DNA of 64,000 nucleotides from Lytechinus pictus (lineage: Eukaryota), in assembly GCF_037042905.1 (NCBI RefSeq), contig NC_087249.1, positions 5,828,001-5,892,000 on the forward strand. The letters are read 5' to 3'. The position numbers and the translations under genes are program-made. This document shows, piece after piece, positions 1-10,109 of this stretch; positions within the stretch are counted from its first letter, which is position 1; each line of letters starts with the position of its first letter. The notes beneath the pieces are model-generated. The model searched no databases and was not told where the DNA came from. It was given only the letters and a program-made list of their open reading frames with translations.

Positions 1-548
1 GTTAGAAGCGCAAAGTTACCATAATAGTAAAACTTTTATGTAACGGGCCTAGTTGTTTTAAACCGAACATGCTTTCAACCAATATTATAAAATGGATCCT
101 GCTCAAATGATTGGCTGAAATCTATCACATGACCGGTCATCACATGACCAGTCATTTATTTTAGCTAACGGGTAAATTTGCTAATGACTACTACTACTAC
201 TTCTACTACTACTACTACTACTACTACTAATCTATCACATGACCGGTCATCACATGACCAGTCATTTATTGTAGCTAACAGGTAAATTTGCTNNNNNNNN
301 NNNNNNNNNNNNNNNNNNNNNNNNNNNNNNNNNNNNNNNNNNNNNNNNNNNNNNNNNNNNNNNNNNNNNNNNNNNNNNNNNNNNNNNNNNNNNNNNNNNN
401 NNNNNNNNNNNNNNNNNNNNNNNNNNNNNNNNNNNNNNNNNNNNNNNNNNNNNNNNNNNNNNNNNNNNNNNNNNNNNNNNNNNNNNNNNNNNNNNNNNNN
501 NNNNNNNNNNNNNNNNNNNNNNNNNNNNNNNNNNNNNNNNNNNNNNNN

Positions 549-795
549 ATATTGCGCTTAATACAATTTTTCTATGTGCTGCAAATTATTACCCAGGCTT
601 TAGCAGGGCTACGCTTATTGGGCGCTCGAATATACAAGGAATTTCTTCCAAGTGGTTACCCATTTACTACACCTGGGAGGAGAGTGGCAAATGTACATAA
701 ACGCCTTGCCAAAGGATGCGGTTGCTGTGGTGGGATTTGAACCCCGGACCTCGTGGTTCAAAGTCCAGAGACTTATCCACTGACCCACAACATCT
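549..795 (-). mobile_element. tRNA-derived SINE, family B (degenerate)
   Basis: Minus strand reads TGTGGGTCAGTGG (A box), GGTTCAAATCCC (B box), then the CCCAGGTGTAGTAAATGGGTA core shared with the copies at 38810 and 49525. Confidence 0.8.
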
Positions 796-814
796 CTATA
801 ACCCCTATACCAAC

Positions 815-1120
815 ATTTGTTATCTTTGAAACAGTCCAAATGTAAGGTCTGTTCCAAAGGAACCCTGTGCATATAATTCTTACTATTGCCCTAGATGGTG
901 TGCATTATTTGTATTATAAGAACCCCTTGAGTGTTGCACTAGCAACATAATTTTCACAATACACACCACTTGGCTCATGTTATCTTTGAAACAGTCAAAA
1001 TGTTATATCTGTTCCAAAGGTGTGTATAATTCTTACTAATGCCTTTGATGATGTAAATTATTTGTATTATAAATAAGAACTCACTTTGAGTGTCGCACTA
1101 GCAACATAGTTTTCACAAGG
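815..1120. repeat. Diverged ~160-bp tandem duplication including the 3' end of a BTBD exon
   Basis: TGTTATCTTTGAAACAGTC...GCACTAGCAACATA.TTTTCACAA occurs at ~818-959 and ~978-1118. Confidence 0.85.
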
Positions 1121-1231
1121 TTGGATTTCTATAGGGTCTTTGAACATGACTCGGAAAGTAGAATCGGTACCATCGCAGCTGAAGCTTGTATCGTTCTGAC
1201 CCATCATCTCTTCTGTATCAGCATGTATTAT
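1085..1231 (-). CDS. BTBD2: BTBD1/2-like coding exon 3 (PHR domain)
   Basis: tttag|ATA...CTCAAA|gtgag. 147 nt, translates [49 protein letters not shown], matching the BTBD1/2 PHR segment. Symbol is approximate (likely co-ortholog of BTBD1 and BTBD2). The final exon lies left of the window or in the gap. Confidence 0.92.
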
Positions 1232-1486
1232 CTAAACATAACCACCAAAATGATAATAATAATAACAATACATCACAATATCATGATCATGGGTTAATGT
1301 TTAAACAGAAAACACACAAAAACATGCAAAAAATGACTTTGGACAAGAAAATTAAGAATTATTACGTATTACTATAGTTCAGTTTTGGACAACACTTGAA
1401 TATGTGACTTTTTTTTCTCTTAAAAAGTTTTCCCCTTCCTTAAAAAAACCCATCCAAAAAACAGTTTCTGACAAGTGAGACACCAT

Positions 1487-1488
1487 CC

Positions 1489-1519
<31 letters not shown>

Positions 1520-2000
1520 TCGGTATATAATGCATGGTGGGTATGTGCCACGGAGAGGACCCCCATGTTTACACTCAAATTTCTGTTCCAAGGCATAGCA
1601 TTTTTATCTTATTGAGAAAAAGAACAAAGAAACCCATTCCAATGCATAGCATTTTCTTCTTTTCGAGAAAAAGAAGAAAGAAATCCGTTCCAAAGCTTCG
1701 CATATTTTTCATCACGCCGTTCTGGCCGCATTGAGATGCATTTTGGGGGAAAAGCGGCACGCAGAGCACTGCCCAACCATCGCCTCCGCGCAAGCGCACC
1801 GGCCAGCACCGTTGCCGCGGGGCTAGCTGCATGCACGCATGCCCATTTCATAGGGATGCAGCCGCACTCACTCAGGCAACCCGTTCCGGGACCCTCCTTT
1901 TTACCCCGCCCGTTCCAAAGCCCCATTTTTTTATCTTGCCCGCGGCACATACCTACCACTTTTGTGGTCGAGTGCCCCCCCTCCCCCCCCCCCCCCCCGG
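1487..2000. mobile_element. Non-autonomous DNA element with poly-G/poly-C termini, copy 1
   Basis: CCGGG(G)nCACTCG ... CGAGTG(C)nGG. Subterminal IR GTGGGTATGTGCC / GGCACATACCTAC. Homologous to 33011-33692. Confidence 0.85.
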
Positions 2001-2519
2001 ACACCATCAGAATCTTTGAAGCAATTTTTTTTTGTCTTGATTAATCCCTAAATATGAAATACTTGTTGTTATCATATGCATGCCAACATGTTTGAATACA
2101 TTTTTGAAAATTATTAATTTATGTCTGAATATTTGGATAAGTGCAAAAAGTTAGATTTATTTTATTGATTGGTAGAACCTTCAAACAATATAATGGTATT
2201 TCCAGTCCTAAATAACACTATGAAACAGCATAACAGGCTTACAGACTTTTTTATCTTCAATCATATGAACACATGATGCAGAGCTACTTGAAAAGCTGTT
2301 TATCAAACATTAAACATAGTAATGAGACTGGTGAGAGACAAAGAAAATGATAATAATTTATATTAACAATGTCTCCTTAAAACTAAGCTAAAGAAGATCA
2401 ATCAAGCTCAAAGCTTTGATATTGATTTATCAATTTAAAGCCTTTGTCTGATCAATCTAAAGAGCTTGAAATTAATTTCAAAATATAATTCATGTATCTT
2501 CAAATACCAACTGAGCAAT

Positions 2520-3150
2520 TATTCAATTGAATTCAATTCAATTCAACATTTATTTCCAAAGATGAAAGCATTAATACATTTTCAAAAAATTCAACAATAC
2601 AATGGAGGTAGCAACTCAGTAAGCAGAGCTTGTGACGAGTCCACCATCCACCATGACATATATAAAAAAAAAAAAAAACTTATCCGTACAAAGTACATTA
2701 CATAACACGGGAAAAAAATAATAAATAAAATAGGGCAACTTTACATACATTATATCAAATGGGATGTCAGTAAATAAATTGTCAAACCAATCAACCCACA
2801 CTGAAATAAAGCAAATCACTCAATTTAGGGACCGGAGGTTTAAGTTTTGTTTGAAGTAATTCAAATACATGTATGGTGCATTTCTGATGTCTTTAGATAA
2901 ATTGTTCCACTTTTTTTACCTATGAAATGAATATTATGTTGATAAGAATACGTCCTGTGTCTTGGCAAATGAATAGGAGCGTGTATTGTAGGCCTATAAA
3001 TTTATATAAATTCTGATTTGTATCAAACAACTGAGAAAAATGAACAGGCATCAGCCGACTGATACAATAATAATACATTGCTGGTAGGTTGTAATATCCT
3101 CTAAAGTAAGCAGGTTAAGCTCTGCGTATAATGTGTTAACTTTTGTTTAA
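2520..3150 (-). mobile_element. Decayed LINE 3' fragment
   Basis: (TTGAA)n tail on the minus strand and a WNNLSKDIRNA-like peptide typical of non-LTR ORF2 C-termini. Confidence 0.6.
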
Positions 3151-3424
3151 TGGAGACAAGTCCTTACAAATTCTCAGAATCATATCGGAGACATTTTGCA
3201 TTTCAGTTCATTCTTGAAGTTGCTTTAAGAAACTCACAGATGCTTGGTATTTCGGAGGGAAAGTCTTTTCACTCTGTTTCCACTTACGTACTATAATAGG
3301 TCCCTCAGAAAGGACCTTATGCCTTTACAATGTAGTCCTCTGGCTGCTTGCATACAAGCATACATGCTTTCTTTAAAAAAATCACCAGCATCTTTCTCCA
3401 TCTCTCTGTTATTTATATAATTAC

Positions 3425-3512
3425 CTGAATGTTAACTGAGTAGTCCGCAGGACCATGGATGGACCCGTAAAGCCCAAAACCAACAACAAATATCCTTCGG
3501 TTCACCTGGAAT
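3425..3512 (-). CDS. BTBD2: BTBD1/2-like coding exon 2 (PHR domain start)
   Basis: cctag|ATTC...ATTCAG|gtaa. 88 nt, (R)[29 protein letters not shown], phase-compatible with both neighbouring exons. Confidence 0.93.
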
Positions 3513-3942
3513 CTAGGAAGAAAAGTAAAGTAAAGTCACTCAAATTCAAACTTGAATAGCGAATAAAAGTTTTCCAAAAAATTCATATTAATAAACCAGA
3601 ATTATGATTATCAAGTGTAATATCATCAATTTTTCGTTTTTTTCTTATAGCAAGACTTAAGTAAAGGTGTGTTCATGTAGCAGCTTATTCAAAGAATTAG
3701 GTATGTTTTATAGATAAACGATCAGAAACTGAAAGGTGAATATACATGTATATGTATCATTAATTCTCTATGCCATAATAATGATCACAACACTTTCAAA
3801 ACAATGATGATAAATCACGCAACAGAAAGGGCATACAACCCTAGCACTGTAACTAGATTTTCAAACAAGTGAACCACGTTTTACCAGTTTTTGACAATTT
3901 ATTTGTTAGCCTTAAAACACACTTTATGGAGTTAAACTCTGT

Positions 3943-4254
3943 GTCCCGTATTCTGAACTCGGGTTTAAATTAAACCCTGGTTTAAAGTTGCAGTTTAACT
4001 ATGGAGAGCCAATTGGGGCAAATATCTCTATTAGTAGTTTATTTTATTAACTCTAATGACACTCAAATCATGTATAACTTTCTCAGAGTGATAACTGAAA
4101 TATTTTCTTCATTATAAAAGCAAAGGGGAAAAAATAGTAAATATAAGAAATATACAATATAAGGAGAATTTTTGAGTTTTCGGCTTCCCATAATTTTAGC
4201 AAAGAGTTAAACCATGGCATGGTCTAAGTTAAACCCGACTTCAGAATACGGGCC
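3943..4254. mobile_element. MITE with ~25-bp TIRs
   Basis: CCCGTATTCTGAACTCGGGTTTAA ... TTAAACCCGACTTCAGAATACGGG. Relatives at 32006-32318 and partially at ~36547-36740. Confidence 0.8.
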
Positions 4255-4403
4255 TGTATATTTTTTTTAAAACACTACTTCATTAATTGTAGCACTGAAA
4301 TATTCAAAAGAAAACAATATTTCAAACAGAAAAAAAAAAATTTATAATTCTTCATAGGATTCCCTTTTCATGTCTTCCCAAAATCTTTTCTATTTATACC
4401 TAC

Positions 4404-5422
4404 CTGATCCGATCACTTGTGCCACTATACCCCCACCTACTCTCCACCTGCAAAAAGCGTGTCAAGGTCTGTTCTTTGCCAGTTAGGCAGCATCTAGGAT
4501 TGGAAGGGAACTCTGTAGCTGGTTTAGGATTCACTGTGAAGTGAAGAAAAAGATTCACCACTTCCCTATCAGTCAAAATCCCAGACTGGGCAGCTTTGTT
4601 GGCAAACTCTTCTACCGTCATTAGTGGAAAGCGGATCAGTTTAAGTGCCCGGCCAAGAACCCTCCGTTTGTTTTCTGATGTTGGTAGGGCCTGCTGCCTC
4701 ACTGCTTCATGTTCGGCCCAGCGGATGACAGCATTGAAGAGCATACTCTCTTTAATACCAAGTGTATCTCGTTCTAGCACAACGATCAATGTGTCAAGGT
4801 CGATGTCTGTAAAACCTTCTGCGCTTAACGCCTCTGCGGTGTTTTTGTCGATTGTTTCCAAGCAGAGGTTAGCAAGTTGTGGTTCATCAAACAGTCTGGC
4901 TTGCGTAAGCAGCATAAAAGCATTATCAGAACTAAGGTTCTTCTTGAGGAATTCCACGCATGCGGATTCGAGCGCAGGGACAGCGTATTTCTTAGCCGTG
5001 TAAAGTGTTGTCATGACACTCTCTGGTCCAATCTGTACTTCATCGGAGTAAAGGAAGCGCAGAAGAGCAAGAAACGCTGCGGGCTCCACGTCTGGGAGTT
5101 CTACCTCGCTTGATGTTGTAGCCATGCCACCGTTGAACATGGCATCAAAGACAGCACTTCCTACAGACAGGACAAACTTGTGAGCGGGTATCCGCTGCAT
5201 GTTGTCTCCTTTCCCAACGATGAAGTGGACATCACTCAAGGTTTCATTGTTAAACATAAAAGCCATACGTTCTTTGACACTGGTCTTGGTTGATTGCCAA
5301 TTGTAGACTACAGGCTCACTGCGACTCCTCATCACTGTGGATACCGGAACCGGAGCAGGAGGAGGGGGAAGGGTTGGCTCTCTTTCTAGCTGTAAGTTCC
5401 TCTGGGCAGCGGCCCCAGCCAT
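4404..5422 (-). CDS. BTBD2: BTBD1/2-like coding exon 1 (BTB/POZ + BACK); CUL3-adaptor family
   Basis: ORF with YNWQ..K...[42 protein letters not shown] and [12 protein letters not shown]. Donor ATCAG|gtaggt after 4404. The exon probably starts at acceptor aaacag| 5482, implying an upstream non-coding exon. Confidence 0.95.
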
Positions 5423-5794
5423 AGTGCATACTTCTCACAGTTTGTTGAGTCACCACAAGATCAAGAGCAAAAGATATGGTGCCTGTTTAAAGAGTGAAAA
5501 TATAAATGCTAAATCAAGGTGATGTTGATTATTGATAATGATCATGCAATAAACATGGAACTATCAACTATAAGAGTTTTGAAATATAAAGAGATAAGGA
5601 TTCATATGAAACACAAATGAAAAATAGTATTCAAAGCATTCATCTGACTACAAATTATTTTGAGTCATAAGGACTTTATTCAATTACTTTTCAGTACCCT
5701 GACATATTCTGAGTGCGGGGTTTCTTATTATCTCTTGTCTGTGAAAACAACAACAAGTACTGTAGTTGAGTTTCAATTAGACTTTCAATAAAAT

Positions 5795-6745
5795 TTGAAA
5801 ATGAGACAAATCAGTACACAACAGCCAAGTTAATTTCAAGTACCAACGCTGCCACCATGAAAATGAGAAGATTTCAAGCAGTGCACAACAACCAAGCAGA
5901 TTTTAAATCCCACTGCTGCCACCATGAAAATGAGAAGATTTCAAGCAGTGCACAACAAGTCCAACCAAGCAGATTTTAAATCCCACCGCTGCCACCATGA
6001 AAATTAGAATATTTCAAGCAGTGCACAACAACCAAGCAGATTTTAAATCCCACCGCTGCCACTATGAAAATAAGGCAGCGTAGCTCAGTCGGTAAGAGCG
6101 CATGTTTCGGATAAGATCGTAGATCTCAACGTGAGGGGTTCGAGTCCCGCTCATGCCGAAACGTGTCTGACAAAAAAATCTGATGCTATATAGCGTTGTG
6201 TGTTAGCGTGCCTCACCACTGTATTCAGTGCAGGTGTGAATGCAGTTGGAAAACACTCCGTCCATCGGAAAGGACGCAAATGTTGGTCCCGTGTATAGGA
6301 GAGTCACAACCTATGCAGGTTAAAACCAATACACTATTTGTCAAAGAGTAGGGTGTTCACCCGGTGTATTGCACCTGCCGGTCCCGGCAAAATTCAGGTC
6401 AAGTCAATCTTGACGTTCATATGCCATAATCAATATAATGATTGTGGGCATTAACGGAAAGACAAGACAAGAAGACAAGATGATTTCAATTTTCAAGCAG
6501 TACATATTAACAGCCAACTTGATTTCAAATCCCACTGCTGCCACCATGAAAATGAGATGACTTCAAGTTCAAGCACTACACTTCAGCCAATTTTTTTTTT
6601 CAAATCCCACTGCTGTGTCTGCTGCCACCACAAAAATTAGATGATTTCAAGCAGTACACAACAGCCAAGTTAATTTCAAATCCCACCGCTGCCACCATGA
6701 AAATGAGATGATTTCAAGCAGTACACAACAGCCAAGTTGATTTCA
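5795..6745. repeat. ~60-bp minisatellite interrupted by a SINE
   Basis: Unit ~AAATCCCACCGCTGCCACCATGAAAATGAGA(T/A)GATTTCAAGCAGT(A/G)CACAACA, about 8-9 copies spread over both sides of 6074-6480. Confidence 0.9.
6074..6480 (+). mobile_element. tRNA-derived SINE, family A (MetaSINE-like central domain), full length
   Basis: A box TAGCTCAGTCGG, B box GGTTCGAGTCCC, (GACAA)n tail. High identity to the inverted copy at 22140-22454. Confidence 0.88.
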
Positions 6746-7599
6746 GGTAGTGTATATAAGCTGAACATTGTTTTCACAAGGGCTGTATTATCACAAAATT
6801 ATGTAGGCCTACATGTATTCTGTTCACAAAAGTTTATATTTTTAACTTAGACTAAACCAATTCTTTATTGTTATTAATATCAATATCATCATCATCTGTT
6901 ATTATCATTATGCCTAATTAAGCAATAGGCCATTTATTACAATCTAATCGTCATACTTTCTTAGAATTTACAGGCCAAAATGATAATAATTAAAATATAA
7001 TATTTCATTATCATAATTATCTAATCATCAAGTTAGACTAGGAAAAGTATTATAATTTGGCAAAAAATTATTTTAAGACAAAGTTTAAGATTATTAACAT
7101 AAAAAAAATTTGCTACAAAATGTACGTACGATTCACAACATTGTTGTGTAGATCCAATTTTCAGATTCCTGGAATTTTTCTTTTCCCTGAACCTTTCCTA
7201 GAAAAGGTGAACATTTCCTAGTATTTCCCGAATTCCGGGAGAAATGGAAACACTGGCGGCTCACTCGGGTCTTTTTAAGTTTACACTATACTGTTTCAGT
7301 AATTCTCAGTTTACTCACTTAACCCCGGCACTATCCATGTATCAGAGTTATTCAGACATCTGAAGACAAATATGAAGAAAAAATATCGAGGCAATATGGG
7401 TTACGTTCTCTTTTACTACTTAAGGTAAAAAAATAAACGAAAGCCATACCACAAAAATGAAGCTCAAACATCACATCGGTACGTTCGTCTTTAACATGAT
7501 AGATCCTGTAAATAAATAATGTTCAATCAAAACCATTTTCTTCCTTCTTTTTACCAGCATAGCTCCTATTCGGTCTCTAAATATGAAATGTCGCCAACT

Positions 7600-10024
7600 T
7601 GAGGTCAGGTCAAAGTTTATCGCCCAATAATCCTTTTTATAAGCCAAAATTATATTCAATGCAAGCCAAATGGGAATGACGCATTCGTTGTAGTCTCGCA
7701 TCAAGTAGATCTTACAGTGTATCTAATGGATTCAATCTAAATTTACTGTCATCTGATCATAGGCCTATCTACTTTACTTCGTTGCAGTAATAATCTAGAT
7801 TTGTCATTGGGGTCATTGCCAATGGTCCTACTTTGTATTCATGGAACTTGTTTTATTGATTTCCTTTCATTTAAAGAGCCCCCCCCCAAAAAAAAAAAAA
7901 AAAATCACATTCATATAAAAGTAGCAAATGGCTCTATATACAATAAAAACGTTTTATCCGCTGATTATTATGTTTTCAATAAATCTCTCTCAATTAGGTA
8001 TTTGAATTATAACAAAAGTTTTGTGGATTAAAACGTCTATGTTCAGTTTCTAATAATGTTGCCGCCAAAGTAGATCATTGGCTTCATTCAGTTCCTCTCT
8101 AACAAATACCACATCCAAGTGAATCCAATGTGGTATTTTCACGTGACATGAACATACCATATATTTGCATTTAAAGTTACATAGGCCTTTATTCATTCAA
8201 TTCAATTCAAATAAACATTTATTTTCTTCCATTTCATTACATGTTTCGTAAACATCAATTCACACAAAAATCAATTTATTATGAAGAATATAAGTATGTA
8301 CATATTGGGTTTAAAGAAGAAGGCGTATTCCCTAAAAGCTGAGGCTTGTTATGAACAAAAAGCATAAAGTCATGGAAACAAATATCAATGAATACACTGC
8401 ATTATAAGGTGCATGGGAAATTGAATCAAAGAGAAGGAATATACTCAGGGGCGGATCCACGGAATGTTTAAAAGGGGGGAACACATTTTTCCGAGGAAAA
8501 AGTTGAAAAGCCCAAAAAAGAAGTTTTTATATTTCGTCCCCAAAAAATGTTGACAAGCAAAAAAGAAAAAAGAAAAAAAAAAGGCCTTCACTTACAAAAA
8601 GGGAGGGGGGGGGGCACACTTTGTTTTAATGCAATTTTGACATTTTAAATTTAAATTTTGCTTCTCAAAAATAAAATTTCGTCAGAATAGTATTCCTTCT
8701 CATTGATTTAAGTTTAGTCGTTAACGCTTAAAAAGGATGTTCGCGGCTGAAAAATGATTAAGGTAAATAAATAGATTAAAACTAAATGAGTAATAAAACG
8801 TAAATAGATATAGTAAAATTCACCCAAATGCTGAAAATTCCATCAAAATCTCATAAAAAATAGGTTATTGAATCTTAAATTTTAGCAATATTTGTGAACA
8901 GATATGCACTCGGTCATTATGTGCGCCAATGCATGATGCCATGTCCCCATTTTCCTTTTCTTATGTTATACATGAAATCATGGAATTAGGCCTATTTCAG
9001 ATTTTAGACATTATGTATGATGTCTCCCAGCCTTATAACAAAATAAATTATTTCCCTTTTATGCACTCTTTTAAAGTTCAATTCTCATTTTTTTTAATTT
9101 CTCTATTTACTTTACATCATAATAAAAACGAAGTGACAACGGTAGTACACCTCGCATTTCTAATGCATTAGTTGTCAATCAAACGTTTTCATTCTTGGTG
9201 GATAAATTTGGATAAATACAACAATAAAATAAAAGAGGATTAGAGGGGATATGATCATATAAGAAAGAAAGAAAGATGAAGGAAGGAAGAAACAAAGAAA
9301 GACAGAATTAAACTTGGAACTGGAAGGACAAAAGAACGGAATATAGAAGAAAGAGAGAGAANNNNNNNNNNNNNNNNNNNNNNNNNNNNNNNNNNNNNNN
9401 NNNNNNNNNNNNNNNNNNNNNNNNNNNNNNNNNNNNNNNNNNNNNNNNNNNNNNNNNNNNNNNNNNNNNNNNNNNNNNNNNNNNNNNNNNNNNNNNNNNN
9501 NNNNNNNNNNNNNNNNNNNNNNNNNNNNNNNNNNNNNNNNNNNNNNNNNNNNNNNNNNNNNNNNNNNNNNNNNNNNNNNNNNNNNNNNNNNNNNNNNNNN
9601 NNNNNNNNNNNNNNNNNNNNNNNNNNNNNNNNNNNNNNNNNNNNNNNNNNNNNNAAGAAAAAAAGAATTAAAGAAAGAAATTTAAAAAATAAAGGAAAAA
9701 TCGACTCTGCCTTACTAATTTCAAATTTCCTTAAACCTAGACTATGTAATTTACGTCGGGCTTTTATTGTCCATATTTTGGCTAGAAAACCGCGCGAGAA
9801 CGTCACTTTTTACGGTACTTTTTACTTTGTTTATCAAATATTCGGCTGACCGATCGATCGAGAGAGAGAATGAATGAAGGACAGGAAGAATAAATTGCTG
9901 CGCTAACAAAGCAAGTAATCAAAACAGAGAGCTGAGAGAGGAAGTTTTGAGTATATTACTGTGATAATTAATCAACGCTATGACACTTATGTGAAGAAGC
10001 TGAAATCTCAGTACACGAGAGAAG
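7600..10024. promoter_or_regulatory. Divergent promoter region between the BTBD-like and PARP-like genes (TSSs not defined)
   Basis: Inferred from gene orientation. CpG-containing patches at ~7600-7700 and ~9750-9870, and candidate minus-strand donor motifs at ~7260-7320. Confidence 0.4.
8446..8680. mobile_element. CAGGGGCGGATCC-type MITE (partial)
   Basis: Shares its terminus and internal sequence with the inverted copy at ~10530-10723, which ends GGATCCGCCCCTG. Confidence 0.6.
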
Positions 10025-10109
10025 ATGTCGAAAAGGCAAATGCTCATGCTTGCAGACGTTCAGTCAGTGGAAAACACCTGCAAAACCGACCCGGCATGTC
10101 CATTTGTTG
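10025..10109 (+). CDS. PARP8: PARP6/8-like exon 1
   Basis: MSKRQMLMLADVQSVENTCKTDPACPFV then G|gtaagt; resembles the PARP8 N-terminus. Confidence 0.75.

Noticed and set aside
120-292. Direct duplication around (CTA)n next to a gap
   Set aside because: Near-identical and adjacent to an N gap; likely a local tandem repeat or contig-end artefact.
4596-5113. Plus-strand ORFs overlapping BTBD, and minus-strand ORFs over PARP exons (47068-47349, 48010-48198)
   Set aside because: Antisense shadows of real coding exons.
6074-6160. tRNA-like sequence with A and B boxes (also at 22370-22454, 39040-39113 and 49525-49600)
   Set aside because: No proper cloverleaf; each continues into a repeated body and tail, so these are SINE heads, not tRNA genes.
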